The notes under the pieces: model-generated
The model's input: only the letters and a program-made list of their open reading frames with translations
What the model was told of the DNA's origin: nothing
Database searches by the model: none
Shown: piece by piece, positions 1 through 10,945 of the stretch
Layout of the letters: each line of letters opens with the position of its first letter
Numbering within the stretch: the first letter of the stretch is position 1
Source: Girardia tigrina
Lineage: Eukaryota
Assembly: GCA_001938485.1 (NCBI GenBank)
Contig: MQRK01243963.1
Span: 1 to 60,051, forward strand
Direction of reading: 5' to 3'
Length of the DNA: 60,051 nucleotides
Program-made: the position numbers and the translations under genes

Positions 1-650
1 TGAATATATTTTAATTGATTTTATGATGATTTCAGAAATTCGCTTTTACTATAGTATTTATCTCACGACATTTTTTTAGAGAATCACAAATTGTATCTAG
101 TTTACTTAAGAATTTAATGGGGAAAGTTTAGTTTGGTTTTATTTTTTTTTCTCGAATGTAATAATCATGAGTTTAAGTTACAGTAGATAAAATTTTCTGA
201 GTTTACAATTTATAAGTTTACAATTACTTACGATTTTATGAATTTTACGAGTTAGATTCATAGTCGAATCTTCCTGGTTTAACAAATTTGATAAATTTCA
301 ATGATAATTATAATTTTATTAATTCCGATTTATTTCCAGAGAATTACTTTATGAATTAAACGATCAATTAAATACGAATCATTTTAATGAATTTATCTCA
401 AAGGTGTAATTTGATCTTTTGAATGTATGCCGTTTTGATCCTGACTATAATTATAAAATAAACCAGGTACAACAAGATTTATAGACCGAATTTTAGAGAA
501 CCGATTTGCGAATAATGTAGTGAAAGCGGAATGAGTAGAAGAGTTTAGGAATTAAATGGTTTACGAGCCTATAACGGATTGAATCGAGTTGAAATTGATT
601 TATGTAAGGCTGATGGATATAGATGACATAAACATAAATAGACTTGTACC
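1..650 (-). pseudogene. Degenerate Penelope-like N-terminal domain fragment
   Basis: Minus-strand translation RYRLVNHLIPKLFYSFRF...VL*NSVYKSC resembles the LIPKF...S..Y..C stretch of Penelope ORF N-termini; many stops. Confidence 0.4.
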
Positions 651-759
651 AGTAGAATTAGAATGAACATAATAAGAGTAAAATAGAGTTAGTCAAGGCT
701 GTTGTTGGGTACTCAGGTCCGCTGTTAACAACTTTGAGTGATTAAATTTCGGTAGCAAC

Positions 760-1179
760 ATTGAGACTGCGTTACTTAATAATTCTCGAACTAGTTCCAG
801 GTACGCCGTCAAAACGTACAATGCCACAAGTCAATATAGACACAACAACCAGGCGCACTAAGCCACTTGCAGACATAACATTGCCATAAGTTAATACTAC
901 ATATCACACACGATAGTAAAATATAAAGAAGTAGAGTCAAGTAAAATCATCCCCGAGCGACACTCCGCTAGGTGGGGGGCCCATCGCCCATCCTGTCTTT
1001 ATTTGAACCCGAAGGTCCTCCAGACTCTTCACTGTTAGACAGATGATGAGCGAGGAGAGACGTCCGACCCAGAATAGAATAAGAGATAATACAATTTGGT
1101 AAAAGGGTTGTGACTGACCCGTAATAGTCACTGGGGGCTCAGAGTCTGCAAAAATGTTTTAAACAAAAGGGTCGTGACA
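760..1179. repeat. LTR-like GC-rich repeat, copy 1 (left edge approximate)
   Basis: Core 948-1179 aligns with 1726-1985 (catccccgagcg...gggttgtgactgaccc...gggtcgtgaca); ends in -ACA. Confidence 0.6.
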
Positions 1180-1199
1180 AATACTAAATAATTATTTTA

Positions 1200-1603
1200 A
1201 TTAAACATGCAATACTGTAATGTTTTATCTAGCTTTAGAACGACAGTTTATTGAGAATCTATAGTATTTGAGAGTATAATTTAATAGTTATGGTACCTTC
1301 AGTCTATCCTGATAATTTTAGTAATTCTATGGATTTGAATTGTATCACAGAACAGTTGAAATTGTTAAGTATTTAGCGAAAATTTTAGTCTTAACTCTTA
1401 TTAATGAAAATTCCGTGTTTAATAATCGACGACTTTACCAGACATGTTTGCTAAGGATAAGAGTATTTGGCATATTACTAATTCCGTTATTCAGATTATT
1501 TTGTGTGACAAATAGGAGGAATAAGGCGACATTAATCAATTTACAACCAGTTATTTTACGGGCCTTAGCTGTAAAAAAGCGTTATAGTAAGTCGAGGGAG
1601 CAT
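1200..1603 (-). pseudogene. Second degenerate Penelope-like N-terminal fragment
   Basis: Minus translation VALFLLFVTQNNL...SRRLLNTEFSLIRVK; sits in the same position relative to the repeat as the 1-650 fragment. Confidence 0.3.
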
Positions 1604-1985
1604 GTAATGTAAGCCCAAACCATCGCCTCAAGTCTTTCTTTTACACGTCACGATTACAATGCGATGGCGTCATAATCTTCGTATCATCTATGGTAGTATA
1701 GTGAGGTTGAGGTTTTAACACATCATCCCCGAGCGAAACTCCGCTAGGTGGGGGGCCCATAGCCCATCCCATCTTTATCCGAACCCGCAGGCCCTTCAGA
1801 CTCGGCACTGGCAGGCAGATGTCGAGCGAGAAGAGCCGTCCGACCCATAGATAGATATAGTGCAGTAATGAGTATTAAAAAGTAGCATATGGATAATATA
1901 AGCTGAAATCGGGTTGTGACTGACCCTTAATAGTCACTGGGGGCTCTGAGCGTTCAAAATTGCTACGAACAAGTGGGTCGTGACA
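1603..1985 (+). repeat. LTR-like repeat, copy 2 (TGT...ACA, purine-rich tract upstream)
   Basis: aagtcgagggagca precedes TGTAATG at 1603; ends gtcgtgACA at 1985; homologous to copy 1. Confidence 0.6.
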
Positions 1986-2511
1986 CATTCTTGAAAAGAG
2001 TACATTTAATGGTTTACTCATTGATGTTTGTTAATACTCAAAATAAGATATAATCCCATTCAATGTCTTCAAAAGTTTTTTTTAAGAAAAAAATATTTTT
2101 ACATTTCTTTACACCTGATCTTCTTTAAAGTATATGAATCTTATTGCATCTTTTGGTAACAGTTTGTCAAGAAGATAACTCTCATGGTGTAATCTCTTGA
2201 AAATAGACAATAAAATATTTGGATAATAAAATAAATGGGCAAAAAAATTATCAATCAATCTGAATAATCAACACTAAATAAAAAAATTTTATTAGATAAT
2301 AATGGTTAATGTTTTAATGTTTTTAATTCGGTCCCTCCAAAGTCAACCGTTCTCCCGTCTCCGCCAGAAAAATTAACTTCTCCAAATAATAGATTTTCCC
2401 CATAACTTCTATTTGATTTTGCGGGATTATGTTTGCACTCTGCGTAGATTGTTCGGCCACCGTTGGTCTTGAGGTTTGAGTCCCGAACTCAAGGTGTTTT
2501 TTCCGATGAGT

Positions 2512-3860
2512 TTACGTACCAACACTTATTATTAAATCCTCTTTAATTCCTTCCGTCAGTGTTGCAATTAGATCCTCCTCCTCCAACAACTCTATTTCAG
2601 GATCCACCAACGGGTCTAAATTTACCTCCAATATCTTTACTTCTTCTTCGAGATTTCTTTTTCTTCTTTTCTCATCGATCACCATTCTACAGTCTAGCAC
2701 GGTTTTTCTTTTTTGGGTTTCCACTTCTATGGATTCCCAAATCTTATGATCAATATAATTCGGCTCGATTGCCTTATAAATATCCTTAATCGCGATGGCA
2801 TCTTCCAAAGCGTTATGATGACCAGGAATTTGAATGTTCCTATTTAGGATATTCTTTGCCAATATTTGTAATTTAAAAAATGCCTCCTTCTTTGGATTGC
2901 TGACCCATTTTATATAATGTTCTGGCCGCTGATAAATCCCTAATTCCTAGCAATCCCTTTTTATTTATGTTCAATGTTTTTAATTCTAGTTGGAGGTCAT
3001 TCACTACTAGAATTTTTCCAAAGCACAGTTTCTGGACCTCTTCAATGACCTCACATCCTCTGTTTTCTCATCATCGGCTCTGTAATGCCATGATACCTTT
3101 CTCCTGTGCATATAATTCTCTGCCTGGGCGTGGTTAATGTATTGATCAATTTTTCACCCTTAATATTTATAATTGCAATGGATACTAAACTTATTGTTTT
3201 ATCAATCTGTTTCGATGTAAATTCAGCATCCATAAATATTAAATTTTCTTGTATTTCTTTCTTCGATAAGGGTTTCCTTATAAAGCTTTTTTCTCTGACT
3301 AAAGTCCTCCTTTGTTGGCTCATACGATACATTCTCCAGTTTTTCTTTATGAACCCTGAGTTTTGGGTTATAATGTAGATTTTCTGGTTTTTTCCTATAC
3401 TCGATGGCCACTAATGCGGGAGCGTTGTAGGCGCGCACATAAAAATTTAATTATTCTTCCTTTAATTTCCAACTTGTGCGTCGCTCTAACACATTCAATT
3501 CGCTTTCAGTGACGCGAGATGTTATTGTCTAGTCAGCCAAAAATCTGTGGAGATTTTTTGAAATTTCCACCCTATAGGTAACAACATGAAGTTCTAATTC
3601 TCCTGATCATTCCTTTGGAAATATTTCACGTAGTCCTACGGGTTACTTATGCGTCAAAACTCTCAAATGCATTTCCACCTCCAAATCCAACACTCTAATG
3701 CCGTTTGGAAACGCTAAATTATCCGTGAGGGACCTATTTATTCCTATGTTTTCTCGGCCTAAAATTTTCGATAATTGAATATACACGGAATTTTCTCGAG
3801 CTATTCCTTATTCCAGGGTCACTTTGTGTGGATTTGATTGTTGTTGGTTTTGATTTTGAA
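2512..3860 (-). pseudogene. Retroelement-borne REX4/ISG20-like 3'-5' exonuclease with unknown N-terminal domain, copy 1 (frameshifted)
   Basis: ExoI FMDAEF, YHGIT, ExoII ILVVNDLQLEL, IRDL, ExoIII HNALED across frames; homologous to 13735-15350. Confidence 0.8.
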
Positions 3861-3958
3861 CTTCTACAAATAAAAAGATGTTGATTCAAAAAATTAAAAA
3901 ATAATGGCAAATTATGTTTATAAACAAAAACACGCCATTTGTTAAATTTATTTTTTAT

Positions 3959-3997
3959 GACAATTAATTTCGACGGTATAACCGTCATCGTCAGGTC
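3959..3997 (-). ncRNA. Minimal type I hammerhead ribozyme (Penelope pLTR)
   Basis: Exact reverse complement of 4792-4830. Confidence 0.8.
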
Positions 3998-4791
3998 TCA
4001 AGAAAGAAATGAATTTTAAATCTGCTTATATAGGCAAGCAGTGATTATGTNATCAATGGATTATTATGTCATCTAAACACGCTTAATAGGGTTTTCGAGA
4101 GAACCGTTTGCACATTAATCTTAGGATCTAAAGATCTGATATAAAGTGCTTCACAGGCCACCCTCTCCCAATAATTTTTAAAACGAGAACACAGAATTTT
4201 AAAATCATTTATGTTTATAGATCCATTTTTAGGATACTTAAATTCTTTGCATCAAAATATTAAGTTTACAACAGAAACAGAGAATAATGGTAAATTATCT
4301 TTCCTAGATTTACTGATTGAAAGGAAAAGAGATGTNNNNNNNNNNNNNNNNNNNNNNNNNNNNNNNNNNNNNNNNNNNNNNNNNNNNNNNNNNNNNNNNN
4401 NNNNNNNNNNNNNNNNNNNNNNNNNNNNNNNNNNNNNNNNNNNNNNNNNNNNNNNNNNNNNNNNNNNNNNNNNNNNNNNNNNNNNNNNNNNNNNNNNNNN
4501 NNNNNNNNNNNNNNNNNNNNNNNNNNNNNNNNNNNNNNNNNNNNNNNNNNNNNNNNNNNNNNNNNNNNNNNNNNNNNNNNNNNNNNNNNNNNNNNNNNNN
4601 NNNNNNNNNNNNNNNNNNNNNNNNNNNNNNNNNNNNNNNNNNNNNNNNNNNNNNNNNNNNNNNNNNNNNNNNNNNNNNNNNNNNNNNNNNNNNNNNNNNN
4701 NNNNNNNNNNNNNNNNNNNNNNNNNNNNNNNNNNNNNNNNNNNNNNNNNNNNNNNCTATATAAGCAGATTTAAAATTCATTTCTTTCTTGA

Positions 4792-4830
4792 GACCTGACG
4801 ATGACGGTTATACCGTCGAAATTAATTGTC
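4792..4830 (+). ncRNA. Minimal type I hammerhead ribozyme (Penelope pLTR)
   Basis: GAC-CUGACGA-u-GACGG(uuaua)CCGUC-GAAA-UUAA-UU-GUC: core boxes, stem II, palindromic loop III, stem I GAC/GUC. Confidence 0.8.
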
Positions 4831-5349
4831 ATAAAAAATAAATTTAACAAATGGCGTGTTTTTGTTTATAAAAAGATGTTGATTTATTTTTTTTTTTCAT
4901 CTTCACCCATACTGGTTACTCTTGAAAATAAATGAAAAAAAATAAAAAAAGGCTTACGGTGAACACTCTTGAGAAAGTTCATATTTGACGTGGCTGATGA
5001 AATTTAAATTTGTAATAAAAATTTTATTTTATTATTAATTTTTATATTATTTTTTATCCAATGAAAAGTTATTGAGTTATAATGGACACACACATCGATC
5101 GTCTTGGAACTTATCACACACTTACACATCCATAAAAACAAAAAGGTTCAATGATCACAATAATTTCAAGATGTTCATAATGTTATGAGAATAATTATGA
5201 CTCGCTTATACAAATTTTAAAAAAAATACACATTTAAAAAAAATTGTTTTATGAAAGATGGTAACGATATATAATACACAAATCACAATATCATAATGTT
5301 ATGAAAGATGATCAAAGTGATTAAATAAATGTAAATATGTACAAAACAT

Positions 5350-6090
5350 TCATTATTATCTTACACTACCGTCATCAAGTTCATTCGGACTCCTTGAGGT
5401 TCGAATTGACACAAAGGACGTAGGTAATCCGCCTGACTCTTGATCCAATATAAGGTAATGATAAGAAAAATCGTCATTGATAATATGATCCTGCCAAACA
5501 CAAAATAAGCAGTTGAAACTGAGTCCCAATAAAAGGTTTTGAATCGAAAGGTGGTTTGGACCTGTTTTGTTTTATTATCTAAATTAATAAATGTATGATT
5601 AGATAATGAATAATTATAATCAATATTCTATATGATTTCATTGATATTTTCAGTTTTGATTTCTTGTTGCTCCACAAAAATAAGTGTCCATTCTGAGTCA
5701 CTTTTATCAAGAATATAATAATTGATTTTTATATAGTATTCCTCATCTTCTTCTAAGTTAGAAATGGTAATCTTGTTAGCATAATGATTGAGTTCAGCTG
5801 TTCTTGTTATTCCAATGAAGATACAATAGATTATAACTTTTTCATTTTCTTTTGAATTTCTTGAAAAATGTATATTATTGGCATTTATTTTAATTGTTAC
5901 TTTGTTTGTTTCGTTAATTATAGGGATTTCATATGTTTTTTTCATGTGTTGGCATCTAAATATTTCGAGAATAAGTTAAATTATTAAAAAGATAGGCTTC
6001 AAGATAAGTTATTGATATTATATAAGTGTTACCAATTAGTAAATCATCAATAATAACGAAGTGTTTTTGACTGGATAAGGTGACCGTAGA
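5350..6090 (-). pseudogene. FN3-like repeat membrane protein, copy 1
   Basis: HFVIIDDLLIGNTYIISITY and ITISNLEEDEEYYIKINY resemble FN3 L-x-x-x-x-x-Y strands; downstream hydrophobic IILSMTIFLIITLYW; homologous to 15580-16200. Confidence 0.5.
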
Positions 6091-6091
6091 G

Positions 6092-9006
6092 CAGTGGTTT
6101 CCAACCTGTGGGGCGCGCCCCCCAGGGGGGCATGCAGCTGTTTCCAAAATATTATTTTCAAATACAAACCGATAAATTCTAATAGGTGTCAAAAAATGAA
6201 TCAGCAGTATACATAATCCAAAATCCTCGCCGCGAATTTTTCGGGTACAAAGGCTAAAACATCCAATCCATATTCTTTTTGGAACGAAATATCTCGCTTT
6301 CGCNNNNNNNNNNNNNNNNNNNNNNNNNNNNGAATCAAAAGATAAGCACTCGCAACATCCCGGGTATTCTCGTGCTTACTCGCGCCAAACTTCAGTAAAC
6401 AGAAGCATCTGATTGTTTCTGTTTTCTATGAACAAAATTAGTTCGTTAGTAGAGCTTGCGATAACCACGTTGATATATAGAATGAAACGCTTCGCTTTGG
6501 TAACTTCTAAATAAATTAACATTGAGGTAAATTTCATAACTGTTATAATAGTACCAGGAAATGTTAATTTAATGTTGAGTTAGTTTTTCGGCATGAGAGC
6601 GAAGTAACAGGGTTATAAACATCCGAAACAATAAAATAACATTGTAATAAGAGGGCAAGTTATTTTTATGTTGTTTATATTCCAGTAATTAATTTTGACA
6701 AAAAAATAGTTTTTAATTCTACATTTNNNNNNNNNNNNNNNNNNNNNNNNNNNNNNNNNNNNNNNNNNNTATTGATATGATTGTATTGTATTTTAAATTA
6801 ATATAAAGTAATTGATTTAAATTTTAAAATAATACCATTTTTAGATGGATAAATATGTAACAGGCTTGAAAAGAAAATTAAATGAAGCAGAAGCAGTCGG
6901 CAAAAGAAAAGATGATGAAAATATCGGAAATACATCTTCGCAAAATAGTAAACCTAAACATAGAAAATATGATCCAATGTACTTATCATTAGAATTTACA
7001 TATAAGGTTTTTAATGGCCAAGAACAACCATTGTGTTTGCTGTGTATGAATACTTTGGCCTCAGACAGCATGAAACCAAATAAATTAAAACATCTTGAAA
7101 AAGTACATGCAGATCACGTTGGCAAGACAAGAGAATTTTTCCAAAGAAAATTAGAGAATTTAAATAAACAACAAGAAATGTTTTCAAAGACCACGTCTGT
7201 AACACAGAAAGCATTGCTTGCGTCATATAAAGTTTCTTATAGAATTGCTAAATGCAAAAAACCCCATTCAATAGGAGAAACTTTGGTGCTACCTGCAGCT
7301 ATTGACATGATAGAAACAATGCTCGGTGAATCATATGCTGATCAACCTAAAATCATTCCACTTGCAGATAATACGGTGGGAAGACGAATATCCGATATAT
7401 CTGAAGATCTTTGCGATCAATTAATAGAAAAAGTAAAACTATATTCTTTCGCGTTGCAAGTAGATGAGGCTACCGATGTTCTTAAGGATGCACACTTGAT
7501 AACATATGTCATATAGATATGTTGTGGAAACTGATGTTAGAGAAGACATGTTATTCTGTAAACCTATTGAATGCAATACTACAGCAAGGGAAGTTTTTAA
7601 AATCATTGATAATTTTTTTAATGAAAATGTCATTCTGTGGGTGAACTGTGTTGGACTATGCACAGATGGAGCTCCATCTATGGCAGGAAAAAATGCTGGT
7701 CTACAGACACTAGTTCGAAAGGTGTCCCCTCGCGCAGTTTGGACGCATTGCATGATTCATAGTCAATCACTTTTTTCAAGAGATATGTGTGAAGATCTAC
7801 TATCAGTATTTGAAGTTATTACAAGAGTTTTAAATTTTATCAAAAATAGCCCATTACGAGGAAGGCTTTTCGCAAAATTGTGTGATGACATGGGTTCAGA
7901 ATATAGATCACTTCTATAATATTGTGAGGCACGTTGGCTTTCTCGTGCCAAAGTACTTCAAAGGGTGTTTAAGCTAAAAGAAGAGATCGTCATATTTCTT
8001 AGTGATAATAATAGAGATGAAGCACACTTGTTTTATGACACGAAATTCCTTGTAAAATTTGCGTATTTAGTTGATATTTTTCAAAGACTCAGTATTTTAA
8101 ATAAATCAATGCAAGGGGCTCAAATTCATGCTTTTATGCAGAAAGACAAGATTACTGCATTTATGAAAAAATTGGAACTCTGGATAATAAAATTGAAAGA
8201 TAATAACTTTGACATGTTTACCACTTTTAAAATTACCTGTCCTGCTGATGAAATGGAAGAAAGTAAAGTTTTTATTAATAATCATTTGACCAGTCTATGG
8301 AAGCAATTCTCGTTGTACTTTAAAGATCNNNNNNNNNNNNNNNNNNNNNNNNNNNNNNNNNNNNNNNNNNNNNNNNNNNNNNNNNNNNNNNNNNNNNNNN
8401 NNNNNNNNNNNNNNNNNNNNNNNNNNNNNNNNNNNNNNNNNNNNNNNNNNNNNNNNNNNNNNNNNNNNNNNNNNNNNNNNNNNNNNNNNNNNNNNNNNNN
8501 NNNNNNNNNNNNNNNNNNNNNNNNNNNNNNNNNNNNNNNNNNNNNNNNNNNNNNNNNATCTTACCTATGTGAAACTGGTTTTTCTACAGTAGCTGTCTTA
8601 AAAACAAAGTATCGATCTCGCTTAATAATTGAAAAGGAACTGAGAACCGCGATTTCTTCAATGATACCACGATTTGAGAACATTTGTGCTGAAAAACAAG
8701 CTCAACTGTCGCATTAAATTTTTATGTTGTAGTTAGTAATTATTGTAGTAGTATTAATTATATATTCTTTTTTTGTTTGTTATTATATCTCTTATAATAA
8801 ATATATTATGTTTTTACATAATATTGTATATTATTTTGTAGCCCATTAAATAAATTATAATATCAGTTGAGTATTTATGAAATTTGATTTTTATATAAAT
8901 TAACGGTTAATAATTAATGGGACGCAACAATTTGTTTTTTAAAGGGGGACGCAACAAATTATTTTTTAAAAAGGGGGCGCCGGTACAAAAAGGTTGGAAA
9001 CCATAG
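6092..9006 (+). mobile_element. hAT (Buster/Charlie, ZBED5/SCAND3-like) transposon with disrupted transposase ~6845-8717
   Basis: TIRs cagtggtttccaacct / aggttggaaacca; PLCLLC..SMKPNKLKH, LQVDEATD, CTDGAPSM, HCMIH, CEARWLS, SYLCETGFS. Confidence 0.95.
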
Positions 9007-10390
9007 CATTAAACTCATATAATCCTTTGCCATCTGTAAATGTAGATTTCATTTTATGTGCTTCTTTTATTCCAAATTGTCAATATCCACAATGTAAATC
9101 AATTGTCGTAAAGATTTCAGAATTTCCCATTTTATCATACATTGTATTGATTAATGGTAAAGGATAAGTGTCTTTTCTCTTCACTGTATTTAATTTTCTA
9201 TAATCTACACAAAATCTTTGTGATCCATCTTTCTTTTTCACCAGCACTATAGGTGATGTCAATGGTGAGAAACTGGGTCGAATAATATCAAACTTTAACA
9301 TTCCTTTAATTTGTTTTTGAGCTTCATCCTGTAACGCATATGGGATTCTATAAGGTCTTTGCTTGATCGGAATTTCCTCCAACAATGGTATTTCATATTC
9401 CATAATATGCGTTCTTCCAAAATCATATTCGTGTTTTGCGAATACTTTATCATATTTTCTAAGTAATGCTGTGAATCTAGCTCTCTGAATTTCCGTTAAA
9501 TTTGGACTTGTTACTACTGGTGGATCATATCTTTTTATACCTGGAGGAATACTTTTTGGAATTTTTACTTCATGTACTAAAGATACAGTTCTAATTCTCG
9601 TTTGTTGTTGTATGATTTTCGGTTTTACATCAAAATTGGCAAACCTGACTGGTATCGATTTTTGTGAGACTGATACTATTTCGCTACACATTTGAATATC
9701 ATATTTCTTCATAAACTCCTCATTTGGTTGAAAAAGTAGATCTCCTTTGATGTGACTGACTACATCTGCATGATATACTAATTCTGCTTGATAAGGAATT
9801 TCTAAATTTTTGCTGATAAACACATCAGATACTCTATGTAAGATTTTTCTATCAGGTATAGATAACAAATTTCCGCTTTTTAAATCCAGAGAAACTCCTA
9901 ACTGTTGCAAAACATCCATACCAAGCAATAATGATTCTGGGCAACTTTTTGAAATTAATACATTTGTTGTAATAGTCTTACCACCAATTTTTATTGACAC
10001 TTCTACAGTTCCTTCAATAGCTAGATAATGACCTGTAACTGATTGTAATCTTTCAATACAAGGTGCCAGATTTAATTTTTCAGATGCCAGAAGCATCTTT
10101 TCATCAACAATTGTGACTGCTGAACCAGTGTCAACTAAAGCTGTAATATATCTATCATTTAATAAAACAGTTATTGTTAATCTTTTGCCGAATTTAGTTC
10201 TCACAGCAAAAACATAATTACTTGGTAAACCCCATTGATTTCTTATTTCAACTTCTCTTTTTTGTTTTTCCTCTGAATTTACAGTTTCAAGATTTGGATC
10301 GACATGTTTCATTTCCTTAAGTTGTAGGAATGGATAATTCGGTAATGGTTCAAAACTCGACGGATTGAATGGTGCACCTGAATTTAACAT
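9007..10390 (-). pseudogene. Ty3/gypsy pol fragment: aspartic protease + N-terminal RT
   Basis: ALVDTGSAVT, LLGMDVL; PIKQRPYRIP, SPIVLVKKKDGSQRFCVDYRKLN, IDLHCGY*Q, YEFNAM cut at the hAT end. Confidence 0.95.
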
Positions 10391-10920
10391 TCATTTGTAG
10401 TTGATTCTCGTAATCTTTCCACTAGCTTTTAGATATTGTTGATGCCGTTAAATTGCTATTACTTACAGTTTCATTTCCAATTTCACTTTTTCTTCCATCA
10501 CTTGTTACACTTGGAACTATCTGAGACAGATTCAAATTGTACTTTTTTATTTCCTTTTTTAAACTTTTTTCGACGTTTATAAATTTTCATTTCTGATTTT
10601 AATGTATTTATTTCTTTATGATGATGGTGAATTATAAAAAATTTCGCTATCATAGGAATTGTTGGGTATTCGAAAATATTTTTGTTAACCACTTTAAGCA
10701 AGCTTTCGAATATAATTATCTGACTCCTTTTCAAACGGTTCTTCCAACTTTGTATTTAGTTTATCAATTGATTAACCCTCTCTTGAGGTTACAATTAAAA
10801 ATGAATCTCATCGGAGATTAGTTTTCAAATATTAACAATAGTAATAAGTCAAAGGAATTCTTTTCAAAAACTTTATTCAATTGAATCACAAAATTCTTCC
10901 GAATAATACAACGTATAAAT

Positions 10921-10944
10921 AACAATGGAGGATTCCAGAATATT
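10921..10944 (-). promoter_or_regulatory. Putative non-tRNA primer-binding site
   Basis: Directly after the LTR end and before gag/pol on the minus strand; complementary to the minus-strand transcript of 15419-15443. Confidence 0.5.
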
Positions 10945-10945
10945 T

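Larger units (their letters stand above)
3887..4867. mobile_element. Truncated Penelope-like element with inverted pLTRs
   Basis: ~116-bp inverted repeat 3917-4033/4756-4872; RT C-terminus FLGYLNSLHQNIKFTTETENNGKLSFLDL (+); GIY-YIG C-terminus RVACEALYIRSLDPKIN (-); 17-bp duplication ataaaaagatgttgatt at 3870-3886 and 4868-4884. Confidence 0.85.

Noticed and set aside
3864-3875. Splice acceptors ahead of both exonuclease ORFs (also at 15354)
   Set aside because: Phases differ between the copies, and AG after T-runs is common here
4211-4798. Long ORFs spanning N-runs (also at 11313-11768, 12383-13489, 18094-18339)
   Set aside because: Artefacts of assembly gaps
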